Below, in pieces: positions 38,248 through 50,400 of a stretch of DNA of 64,000 bases. Made by a program: the position numbers and the translations under genes. Numbering within the stretch: position 1 is the first letter of the stretch; each line of letters opens with the position of its first letter. This stretch comes from Macrostomum lignano (lineage: Eukaryota): the NCBI GenBank assembly GCA_002269645.1, contig NIVC01000168.1, positions 62,001-126,000 of the forward strand, read 5' to 3'. The notes beneath the pieces were generated by a model, which had not been told where the DNA came from, did not search any database, and saw nothing but the letters and a program-made list of their open reading frames with translations.

Positions 38248-38609
38248 AGTCTCAGACTTTATCCTGCAACCTAGAGATTTCCGACTTTCATTTCTTGAAA
38301 ATTCAGTCTAGATGATTCGAATCGTAAATAATACTGTTGTAGCAACAGCGAGGAAGCTGGCGCAGCACTGGAAGTTTATTTGTTCAAGTGCAGATAGAGA
38401 TTATTCCAGCGAGTTTCTTTAGCCTTTAGCCTTATACTCTGGGCTTCTCTGGTATCTCAAGCATGCTCGTTACAATTATTAGATTTTCTGTGCTCGCTTG
38501 CTTGCTAACTCGTATTATTTCACCTCGTTGAATTTTGCACTTGACACTGACTATGCTACGAGTACTCGTATGTACGATACTCATTTTACTTATACAAGCT
38601 ACTTTAACC

Positions 38610-38913
38610 TTGTAGCCTCTCCTAGTGGTTAGAGCATCAGACTGACGACTGAAAGGTCGGGGGTTCGATTCTCGGCCCACTCGGCACAAATGGTATCCCT
38701 TGAGCAGGGCAACTAACTCTGCATTAATTCAGTTCACCCAGCTGTAAAATGGATGCCAGCATTAGCTGCATGGGGTAATGAGGGTCTGTGTGGCGACCCC
38801 CAGTCCTTGGACTGAACAGCCGTACGCAGCCTTCAGATGCGCCGCGCAATAGCTGCGGCCGAGCTGTCGGTTGCACAACTGCCCATTCGGACGGGTTTAA
38901 TCAATATTATTAA
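38610..38913 (+). mobile_element. SINE family A, copy in the second duplicated segment
   Basis: Same structure with B box GGTTCGATTC; about 20 differences from the 32226-32530 copy. Confidence 0.75.
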
Positions 38914-39509
38914 TAAACTTTGCAAGCTGTGTCTAATCTTATCAGTGCATTTGCACTTGTCTCAAAAGTAAAAAGCTTAGCCATTTCAATTGACTCAGTT
39001 TCTCGGCACTTTAACTCCCCGGTTCTCTAAACCTCGCTACATACCGAAAGAAGCCATGTGTGTACAAGTTTTATCTGCATGTCTATGATAAAACCATATT
39101 GGATTCGAGCCCTGGTATATAGGAGCTATAGCCCTTTAAATATAGGCGGAAGTCTCTTTAAAAGATCTCTCTTCGATATAAACTAAGATTTTCCAATTGC
39201 AATATTGCTTTCCTCTTGAAAGCCCATGCTAGAAAAAGGAGGAGGGAGAGAGACGGCGGGGTGGGTTGGGACTTGGGAGAAAGGAATTAAGCGAATGCCT
39301 GTTTCGTGTCTGCGCATATTAAATGCAATCAAAATGCATACTAACGAACCGCATCCCATGGTCAATCGAATGTTCCCATGTGTCTATAGAGCTTCATCCA
39401 TTCTACATAAGGTAGATTACCACCTGTGGTTGCGAGCTGGCCAAGTGTCTGAGATTTTGAGTCATTAAAAGCAGTGGCTAAAAAAACTTTCCTTCAATGT
39501 GACTAGAGT

Positions 39510-40285
39510 TTTGTAGAGTACACTGTACTGTCAATGGGAATCTACCATGACAATGGGAATCTCTAGTTTTGTAGAGTTACGCTGTACTGTCTTTGACAAT
39601 GTGAATCTCTAGCTTTGTAGAGTACACTGTACTTTGTATTTGACAATGTGAATCTCTAGCTTTGTAGAGTACACTGTACTTTGTATTTGACAATGTGAAT
39701 CTCTAGCTTTGTAGAGTACACTGTACTTTGTATTTGACAATGTGAATCTCTAGCTTTGTAGAGTACACTGTACTTTGTATTTGACAATGTGAATCTCTAG
39801 CTTTGTAGAGTACACTGTACTTTGTATTTGACAATATGAATCTCTAGCTTTGTAGAGTACACTGTACTTTGTATTTGACAATGTGAATCTCTAGCTTTGT
39901 AGAGTACACTGTACTTTGTATTTGACAATGTGAATCTCTAGCTTTGTAGAGTACACTGTACTGTCTTTGACAATGTGAATCTCTAGCTTTGTAGAGTACA
40001 CTGTACTGTCTTTGACAATGTGAATCTCTAGCTTTGTAGAGTACACTGTACTGTCTTTGACAATGTAAATCTCTAGCTTTGTAGAGTACACTGTATGCTG
40101 TCTTTGATAATGTGAATCTCTAGCTTTGTAGAGTACACTGTACTTTGTATTTGACAATGTGAATCTCTAGCTTTGTAGAGTACACTGTACTGCCTTTGAC
40201 AATGTGAATCTCTAGCTTTGTAGAGTACACTGTACTACTGCCTTTGACAATGTGAATCTCTAGCTTTGTAGAGTACACTGTACTG
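39510..40285. repeat. 45-48-bp minisatellite TTTGTAGAGTACACTGTACTTTGTATTTGACAATGTGAATCTCTAGC
   Basis: About 16 units. Confidence 0.96.
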
Positions 40286-41216
40286 CTTTTTATAATTTTG
40301 ATCTTAAGAAACAGGAAATAATTAGCAATATTAATTATTAAAAGCACGATTATATTTTGTCAATCAACGACCATAAATCGTTTGATTTCTTGATCATAGT
40401 TTTTCAAACAGATTTGTCTGTTTTTCTACCTTTTCTAATCTGTTTGATAGAAAACATGCTTAGTATAAATTCGACACTGGAAAAGCTGATGGATCTGACC
40501 TGTCAGTCAGCCGGCCATGTCTTTGGGGTTAATCGCAGCCGACTACGACGGTTGTGTACCTCTCTTAATCCCCTCTTTTTTCTCCTAGGCATCTTCTCTC
40601 CCCCAGACCGGGCTGTATGCGTCCAGGTAGAACGGGGACGACTGTGTAGGGAGGGAAAGATTGGCTGGCCTCGTGGGTGCAGCATCAGGACAGGGGTCTC
40701 CTGCCAATGGTTGTTCCTTATGAGTTTTAACCCCTCCCCTCCCCGGCCGTTTCCTCCTCCTCAGAGGGGATAGGCTCGCTTTGGTCTTCTTTTAGAAGGC
40801 GACGGACGAATATAGAGCAACCCCATACACACACACGGACACTCACACACAGATAGCAGACACACACCGCTGTCCCTCTACGCAGAGCGGCGTGTCTTTT
40901 GCGCCCCCCTCTCTCCTATTTTTTTCTTTCTTTTACTCGATCCTCTCTATCTATCTGTCTCGCGCTATCCCCTGCTCCCATCCCATTCCGGGTCTTAACA
41001 CGCATCCCTTAACTCAAATACTCGCTTTCGCCTCCTCGCCCAGCAGTCTGTTCCGCCACCCTTGACAAGCCGATTCAACTAATTCGCAGGCTGTGTAGAC
41101 AGACAAAAATAAATTGAAATATAGGAATAGAATCATAGTTTTTTTATTTTTTTGTTTGTTTTTTTTTATTATTATTAAAAGTTGACGCCTTGGCTCAGCC
41201 TCCAGGCAGCAATAAT

Positions 41217-41271
41217 ATGTCCTCTTCATCTCCTTCGTCAACTTCTCCGCAGCCGCAGGCGCCTTCTTTAA

Positions 41272-41307
<36 letters not shown>

Positions 41308-41428
41308 CAGCAAGGATTGTCGTTGAAGATCTAAGCGACTATTCTCAGAGTGCCTCGACTGTTTGCGCCAATGCTGCCGCGTCTGTCACCAACAGCTTGC
41401 AGTCGGTTCCGCCTCGATCGCCAAATAG
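41217..41428 (+). CDS. DGKZ: Candidate short first coding exon of the DGK gene
   Basis: S/P/Q-rich ORF ending ...PPRSPNR at a strong AG|gtaagc donor, phase 2, compatible with the exon at 53738. Assignment rests on phase and position only. Confidence 0.6.
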
Positions 41429-44400
41429 GTAAGCAATTAACAGCATTCTCTATCTGATTATTTTTGCCAAAATTTGAAATTTTACGAGGTGCGTGTGCGC
41501 GCAAACTTTCTCTTAAAAATCTTTTAGAAGAATGTTTTACAATTTATTTCCCTAGAGTTTACTATACCCACTTTATACCCGACGTCGAAATTCCTAAACT
41601 TAACAATCAGTCAAAGTTTTCGCAATTACCAAGTTGTGAAGGTTGGGGATTGTGAAGGTTTGGGATTGTGAAGGTTGGGGATTGTGAAGGTTGGGGATTG
41701 CGAAGGTTTGGGATTGTGAAGGTTGGGGATTGTGAAGGTTGGGGATTGTGAAGGTTTGGGATTGTGAAGGTTGGGGATTGTGAAGGTTGGGGATTGCGAA
41801 GGTTTGGGATTGTGAAGGTTGGGGATTGTAAAGGTTGGGGATTGTGAAGGTTGGGGATTGTGAAGGTTGGGGATTGTGAAGGTTGGGGATTGTGAAGGTT
41901 GGGGATTGTGAAGGTTGGGGATTGCGAAGGTTGGGGATTGTGAAGGTTGGGGATTGTGAAGGTTGGGGATTGTGAAGGTTGGGGATTGTGAAGGTTGGGG
42001 ATTGTAAAGGTTGGGGATTGTGAAGGTTGGGGATTGTGAAGGTTGGGGATTGTGAAGTTTGGGGATCGTGAAGGTTGGAGATTGTGAAGGTTTGGGATTG
42101 TGAAGGTTTGGGATTGTGAAGGTTTGGGATTGTGAAGGTTGGGGATTGTGAAGCTTGTGAATTGTGAAGGTTGGGGGTTGCGAAGGTTGGGGATGGTGAC
42201 TGCTGGGGACTGTGAAGTTTGGGGATTGTGAAGGTTGGGGATTGTGAAGGTTGGGGATTGTGAAGGTTGGGGATTGTGAAGGTTGGGGATTGTGAAGGTT
42301 GGGGATTGTGAAGGTTGGGGATTGTGAAGGTTGGGGATTGTGAAGGTTGGGGATTGTGAAGGTTGGGGATTGTGAAGGTTGGGGATTGTGAAGGTTGGGG
42401 ATTGTGAAGGTTGGGGATTGTGAAGGTTGGGGATTGTGAAGGTTGGGGATTGTGAAGGTTGGGGATTGTGAAGGTTGGGGATTGTGAAGTTTGTAATTGC
42501 TTTGAAAGCGCCCCGTTGATTTCTTGCCCGAAGCTCCGAAGCAGGAAAGAGTTCGCAAATCATAATGGGGAAGAGAATTGCCTCTTTTCTGAACTTTTGC
42601 TTTCTTTCTACAGTTGTTTCTTTCACCCTTGAAATCCGACGTCTTGGCGAGGTAGTGAGTGATGTACAGTGCCCTTGTGTGTGTCTATGCACTTTAGTAC
42701 CATTTTTCAAACTGTCGTCGGTAGTGTTAAAAATAAATTTTCGATATATGATAGTATGCATCATACACCATGCTATACTATCGTTGACTGGAGTTTTTTA
42801 TCATCCCTCCTGGATTAATTTGCATCTGATTCATGGATTTCTCTTTCTATTTGCAATTTCTTATTCAACTTGTAAATTGAATTTAATTATAAATCAGACT
42901 GACTGACTGACATGCTGGGTGGGTGCGAGTTTAATTTGATTGTGTCATCAGCTTATACTCTGAATGTTCACCTCATGGGCTTGTAAGCTTCACTCATTGA
43001 TTTCAGAGAGTTTCATTTTAATGATAGAAATATTATGCTATCAATATCGCTGCTTAATATTGTCTTTAGCTAAAGAAGCTAGGAATATCGCATGTGTGCC
43101 TTAAGCTAGACTACAGGTGAGTCATTGTGGCGCCAGAATATAGGTGTGTGTTATGTGTCATTGTGGCGCCAGAATATAGGTGTGTGTATGTCATTGTGGC
43201 GCCAGAATAAAGGTGTGTGTCAAGTTTCATTGTGGCGCCAGAATATAGGTGTGTCATGTTTCATTGTGGCGCCGGAATATAGGTGTGAGTCATTTTGGCG
43301 CCACATAATATTGGTTTGAGTCATTGTGACGCCACATAATATAGGTGTGAGTCATTTTGGCGCCAGAATACTCATGCAGATGTGTCATTATAGAGCTAAA
43401 GCATCACAGATATCTTATTTTGTGCATAAATATATGGAGTGTACGATTCGGCAGTATATCACCGACTTTCAGTCTTAACCCACGATCGCTGAGGTTTAAA
43501 CCTGTATGGATCAATATCAGTTTTAGAAAAGACCGATTGCGAGGATTAACCCGAGGTGGATAAATGTTCTATCAAGTAGAAGAATAGGCGAAAATAAATA
43601 AGTAGTTATTAAACAAACCTTCAAGGCGGGATTGCTATGCTGCAAAGCTCTTTAGAGGAAAAAAGGAAACACAAATATACTACGTGAGGATAGAGAGGCG
43701 TTGAGAAAGAGGATATAGATTGGACGAGATGGCTAGATAATGACCGTTAACGATTGAGGATGCCAGGGCTGCATGCTTGGGACTGATCGACTGAAACCCG
43801 CCTCATACGGCTTAGAGCACAGGAGCACGTTCTAAGATGGCAATGAAGCTTTGCTTGAGAGTCTAGTATATCCCATTCTCACGGGAAACTGTATTTTCCT
43901 TCTATACGAGTAGAAGCTTTTTGGAATTTGCAGTTTTGGAACTCGTGACTGAGTATTTTGCTTGCTTAAACGACTAAATAACCGCCATCAATCCACTCTG
44001 AGAATCGCCGTCAATCCACATGAGAATTGCTGTCAATCCACTCTGAGAATCGCCGTCAATCCACATGAGAATCGCCGTCAATCCACTCTGAGAATCGCCG
44101 TCAATCCACTCTGAGAATCGCCGTCAATCCACATGAGAATTGCTGTCAATCCACTCTGAGAATCGCCGTCAATCCACATGAGAATTGCTGTCAATCCACT
44201 CTGAGAATCGCCGTCAATCCACTCTGAGAATCGCCGTCAATCCACTCTGAGAATCGCCGTCAATCCACATGAGAATCGCCGTCAATCCACTCTGAGAATC
44301 GCCGTCAATCCACATGAGAATCGCCGTCAATCCACTCTGAGAATCGCCGTCAATCCACTCTGAGAATCGCCGTCAATCCACTCTGAGAATCGCCGTCAAT

Positions 44401-47400
44401 CCACTCTGAGGATCGCCGTCAATCCACTCTGAGGATCGCCGTCAATCCACTCTGAGAATCGCCGTCAATCCACATGAGGATCGCCGTCAATCCACTCTGA
44501 GAATCGCCGTCAATCCACATGAGAATCGCCGTCAATCCACTCTGAGAATCGCCGTCAATCCACTCTGAGAATCGCCGTCAATCCACTCTGAGAATCGCCG
44601 TCAATCCACATGAGAATCGCCGTCAATCCACATGAGGATCACTGTCAATCCACTCTGAGAATCGCCGTCAATCCACATGAGGATCACTGTCAATCCACTC
44701 TGAGAATCGCCGTCAATCCACATGAGAATCGCCGTCAATCCACCCTGAGAATCACCGACAATCCACCCTAAGAATCACCAACAATCCACCCTGAGAATCG
44801 CCGACAATCCACCCTGAGAATCGCCGTCTATCCACCCTGAGAATCGCCGACAATCCACCCTGAGAATCACCGACAATCCACCCTGAGAATCACCGACAAT
44901 CCACCCTGAGAATCGCCCTCAATCCACCCTGAGAATCGCCCTCAATCCACCCTGAGAATCGCCTATAGCTAACAAGAGAATCGCCGTCTATCCACCCTGA
45001 GAATCGCCGTCTATCCACTCTGAGAATCGCCGACAATCCACCCTGAGAATCACCGACAATCCACCATGAGAATCGCCTATAGCTAACAAGAGAATCGTTC
45101 CTTTACTATCATAAAAACGCCCAATAGCCTTTTTCAGAATGGCTCAGCTTTATCTTTGCCAAGCCTCTTGTCATATCTTGGCCGGAGATATGACAACCTG
45201 TGCTACTTGTATTTTTCCCAGTTTTAAAAAAATCATAAGATTTTTAAAAGCTCCGACTAGACTGAAAGCTTTGACTAATTTGAATATTATTCTTACCTGT
45301 AATTCCCACTTTATTTCTTTTGGACGTTGGATCAAAGCAAGTTCCCAGATTAATTAACCGCTATAGTGTATTACTTACTGTAGACGGGAGTAGCACAGAT
45401 TAAACCCTATTCTGCCCAACTTTTTCCACCGGTCCATTTTCCAATTCCGTCGCTAAGCCTGAGCTGTCGCTCTCCATATAGCTAGTTCCCAATCGCTCTT
45501 TCAATTTCCTGTCTTGTTTGCACTGCGGGGGCGGTCCAGCCTAGCTGGGTATGAGAGCTAAAAAGCCTGGCTTTCTTGCTTTATGGTCTTTCCCTATAGC
45601 TTCTGGCTCGATGTGTGAGAACCACCATTTGGATTGTTTGACAGGAGAAAATGGGCTCTCTTTCTCTCTCTGCGAATAGAACCTGAATTATTGAATATAG
45701 CTTTTTGCAGCCCATTTGGGCTTACACGCATTGAATTTAATCCAAGATATGTTTGTCAAAGTAATGGAGCTTTTGTCTATGGTAGCAAGGCTGGCACAGC
45801 GGCATTTAATTTGGTCCAACAAGCATCAATTTGGTCCATTTAGTTCATTTGCAGCTCAGTCCCAGAATTGTGGACCATATGCTAGGCTGTTGAACAAATG
45901 TCATTGGCTTGTGATCGAAGCACTCGACGGAGGTGAACACCCAAAGGACATTGCAAGATTGCTGAATGTAAAAGAAAATGTGGTTTACAGCATCCAGCAG
46001 CGCCTTGAAACTCTGCCGGCAGAGATTGCCTGCGAAAGGGTGGCAATTGCCAAGGAAAGTTGTTCGAGAGCCTCAGGTCCAACTGCTACTCGATGCAGTG
46101 GAGACGAACCCTTTGTTGACGTTTCAGAAAATGCAGCAGAAATTGAAGGAACAGCTCCAGTTGGTTATCAGATTTCGAATATCAGTAGAGCTCTGGAAAA
46201 GCAACTGAAAATTGCTGGTAGAGACGCTGACATTCCAGCGGTGCGCAACAACCTGCAGACGGTTGTGAGAAGGCAAGAGTTTGTCCAATGGCTCACGAGT
46301 GTTTGGACCAAATGGATGCTTGTTGGACCAAATTAAATGCCGCTGCACCAGCCTTGCTACCATAGACAAAAGCTCTGTTACATTGGCAAACGTATCTTGG
46401 ATTAGATTAAACGCGCGTAAGCCCAAATGGGCTGCAAAATGCTATATTACTTTGTATCTTTACTCAAGTATGGTTCTGAGACAGCAGTAGTAATAAACTA
46501 AATTCTTCTCCTTAAAGTACACACACACCCTAGACAAAACTCCTTCCCCGAATGTACACACCCCTAGAAAAAAGCTCTTTTTCCCCGTATGTACACACCC
46601 CTAGACAAAAATCTTTCCCCCAAATGTACACACCCCTAGACAAAACTCCTTCCCCGAATGTACACACCCCTAGACAAAAGCTCTTTTCCCCGTATGTACA
46701 CACCCCTAGACAAAACTCCTTCCCCCAAATGTACACACCCCTAGACAAAACTCCTTCCCCGAATGTACACACCCCTAGACAAAAGCTCTTTTCCCCGTAT
46801 GTACACACCCCTAGACAAAACTCCTTCCCCCAAATGTACACACCCCTAGACAAAACTCCTTCCCCGAATGTACACACCCCTAGACAAAAGCTCTTTTCCC
46901 CGTATGTACACACCCCTAGACAAAACTCCTTCCCCCAAATGTACACACCCCTAGACAAAACTCCTTCCCCCCAAATGTACACACCCCTAGACAAAACTCC
47001 TTCCCCCAAATGTACACACCCCTAGACAAAACTCCTTCCCCCAAATGTACACACCCCTAGACAAAAGTCCTTCCTCCAGGTATACACACACCATGTACAA
47101 AACTCCTTCTCCAAATATACACTAAATGAAATTTTATCTAGATTAAATTAGGTCACGGAAGCGTTTTTGATCGAGCAATTTCTTTTGCCAACACTATCAG
47201 GTATAAAGGTTTCAGTTGCTTTAATTTAAAAGGGGTAGATTTTATTGATTAGAACAATTTGTTTCTTCTTGCGCGTATTCTACGCTCGTAGCTTTGAAAA
47301 CGTTTGGAGATTTCATCTCCTTCCTAACTCATCTTTAATCCGGCTTGAAATAGGAGTCAAAGCGAAATCTCGGAATGGTTTATCGCTGTCTCAAATTTTT

Positions 47401-50400
47401 GGCCAAACGATTTTTTCGTGAAACACGATACATCTGAAATCTTGATTGTAGCCGGAGATTTTTCTCTTTTCTCTCTTTCAAAATTGGTGATTTGATCTAA
47501 AAGATTAGATCTTTATACATGTTTTCTTTATTTTTCGGCAAATTTATTCTAGCCATATTATTGTCTGCCTACTTATAAGTAGGCAAAGCGGAATGTCAAA
47601 TGATTGATTTTATTTAATTTAGTTTTTGCACAAAAATTTTCGATTGTTTCTTTAGCTTTTCGTTTCGAACACCTCTTTGGTTGCATCGGTATTATCTGCA
47701 TTAGAATGCTAGTTCAGAGCATGCTGAGCGCGAACATTAAGTAGTCAGTTTCCTAGCTAATCAGTTTCAATAGTAGAGCTTTACACTGGCTCTCATCCGA
47801 TATTATAATTTATTCATCAGGTAGGAAGGGTTTGTTCCTGACAACCGTGATGGCCAGTCACACAAAAGCTAGTTGTTATAAGAAAAATGAGAAAAAATAC
47901 TATTTGATGATTTTTCTCTGTTGATAAACTGACTGCGTTTGACGTGGAATAGACAATAGCCTCTGTTTATATAAATAATACTTTTATTGGCTTATTATTA
48001 GTAGTTCCATCTACTGAGGCACCTGTGCCGCCTACATGTGCATCCATTAGGAACCCCCTGTCACCTACATGTGCATCCATTAGGAGCCCCCTGTCACCTA
48101 CATGTGCATCCATTAGGAACCCCTGTCACCTACATGTACATCCATTAGGAACCCCCTGTCACCTACATGTACATCCATTAGGAACCCCCTGTCACCTACA
48201 TGTACATCCATTAGGAACCCCCTGTCACCTACATGTACATCCATTAGGAACCCCCTGTCACCTACATGTAACTCCATAGGAACCCCCTGTCAGCTACATG
48301 TTTTATGTCATGTTATGCATTGTCATGTGCCTAAGGTTGACCTGTTTCGATGTCTGAAATTTCTAAACACCAGCGTAAAAACACTTGCTAATTACCACCC
48401 TATTTCCTCCTGTCCCGTGCTATTAGCCTTGAACTTTGATTGGCCTTCATACCCAACCGTAACTTGCCGCAAAAAACGCTGCTAGTTTGTAACCAAAGCT
48501 ATCATTCGGTCTTTCCTTACTTTACTTGTCTTCTTTTTAACCCTCCTGCCCTCCTTCCCCGGCCTCTGTTACTGGCTGCTTGCGCCTCCCCACCTTGCAT
48601 CCAAATCCTCTTTCCTTAAGCACTGCCTGTTCAGCCGTGTCTGAAGGGGGAAGAGAGCCGAGAGAGAGAGACGATGGAGAGGGAGAGAATGAGACAGGAA
48701 GACAGAGCCAGATACGCTTGGGTATTCTCAGTCTCTCTCGATTCTCTCGCCTCAGACTCAGCTCTCCCAACCCCTCCTCCAACCGCGTCCCCTGCACTTG
48801 GCCCTAAACAAAGAATATATTACGGCTCCACTAAAGGCGTTTTTTACCTCCGCTAAGTCCGCCCACACATCCGCGCTAAGCAGGCCGTAATAAATAGCGT
48901 TAGCGTTACAGTAATTTAATCAGACCAACATCGACATTGAAGAGTCAGAACAACAGACACCAGGAATTTGCCTTGAGAGCTATTATTTATTGTCGTCTGA
49001 TTTCACTCAAACTTGACGCCACAATGGACGTCTCTATGAGTTAATAAAATTGGACGTTAACGTTAAAGTTTTGTCCACTTCAATTAGTCCGTCAATCAAG
49101 CGTATACAATGCCGTTCAAAGGCCTGCTGTGTCGCCGGTCTGGCAGCAAAGAAAACAGTAGTAACAGCGGTAGTGGCAATAAAGAATTTCAATCGTTGCC
49201 TTCTATGCCAGCTAGCGGCAGCCGAGGCAGTGTAAGACAGGGTCAGCAGCCGCAGGCTCCGTTGCCTGCCCAGCCTGTGCGCCAGATTCACCGCCCGCCG
49301 CCGCTTCAGCTGCCCAATCCAATACCGATTGTGGTTGAGCATCTTCTAGACGACAATGATGAAGGTAATAACGCGCCTAGTAGCGGTGGTGATGCAGCTG
49401 CTGCCGCATCTGCTAGTTCTACCGTCTGCTATCAGGTAGATGTTGACGCGGAAGCCTCTACCACAGTCTGCGGCAGTCCAGTTCGTTTAAGTTTAAATGC
49501 TCCGTCGGCTAGTCTTAGTGGCGGCAATTTATTAAGCAAGCATCGATCGAACAGCTACGATGCCACAGGAGCCGGTAGCATGCCCAGCAGCGGAGTTTAC
49601 CTCGAGGAAATGTCCACCGCGTCGAATAGTGGTGCGCCGAATTCTCCCGACGAATTGATGCTGGTGAACAGCGCTAGAGGTGGCGGCGGCGGAGGCGGCT
49701 CAACTGCAGGCAGTCCCAGTGGACGAATTGAATCGCCAACTAGATTCTTCATCAATAAATTGGCTCTGCCCAGTTTCAATAGGAAACGCGGTCGTTCGCT
49801 TGAGATACCGAGACTGTGCGTTCACTGTGCAATTCTTGAAGAGCTGGCGGCCACTGCTGCTGCTAATGCTACGGAGCGCCCTTCCGAGCTAGATGCTGAC
49901 GCTCAGTGCGCCACTAGTTGTGAGGAAGACTCGGACGACGACACTTCGTCCGTATTATCCTCGTCATCTTCGGATTCGGCCAGCAATGCTAATCGACATC
50001 CTCCAGCAGCCATTGTTAGCAATTTTCTTCAAGTACCAAGCGCGCTTCCGCCCGGCTTCCGGTCGAGTTCGCTTGACGATCCGCGTTGGAGCGGCAGCGG
50101 CGGAAGTTCTTCCGGCGGCCCGCCCAGTGTTGCTAGCGCAGCCGCTTCGCCGACGTCGCCCGGATCGCGACGACGCCCGATGCTTGGCGAAATTGGAGCC
50201 GGCAAAGCCGTTTGCGGCGACGACAGTGGCAGCAGCGGCGGAAGGATGGTCGGGAAGCAACGACGCGCCCTTTCATTCGATGTGTCCGCTTGGTCCTTGC
50301 GTCGTCGGCTGTCGTGAGTTGTATTTGACTGCGATCGCCGTTATCGCAAAGTAACCTTTCGTGTCTTTATGTTCTTGTACGGCTTCACTGTTTCAAAGTT

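Larger units (their letters stand above)
27909..39150 (+). repeat. Direct segmental duplication, copy 1 27909-32766 and copy 2 34904-39150, flanking the LINE
   Basis: Identical translated ORFs at offsets of 6275-6387. Both copies start with the otherwise unseen tgttactgaagcgcc variant and end at tttaaatataggcgga. Confidence 0.93.
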
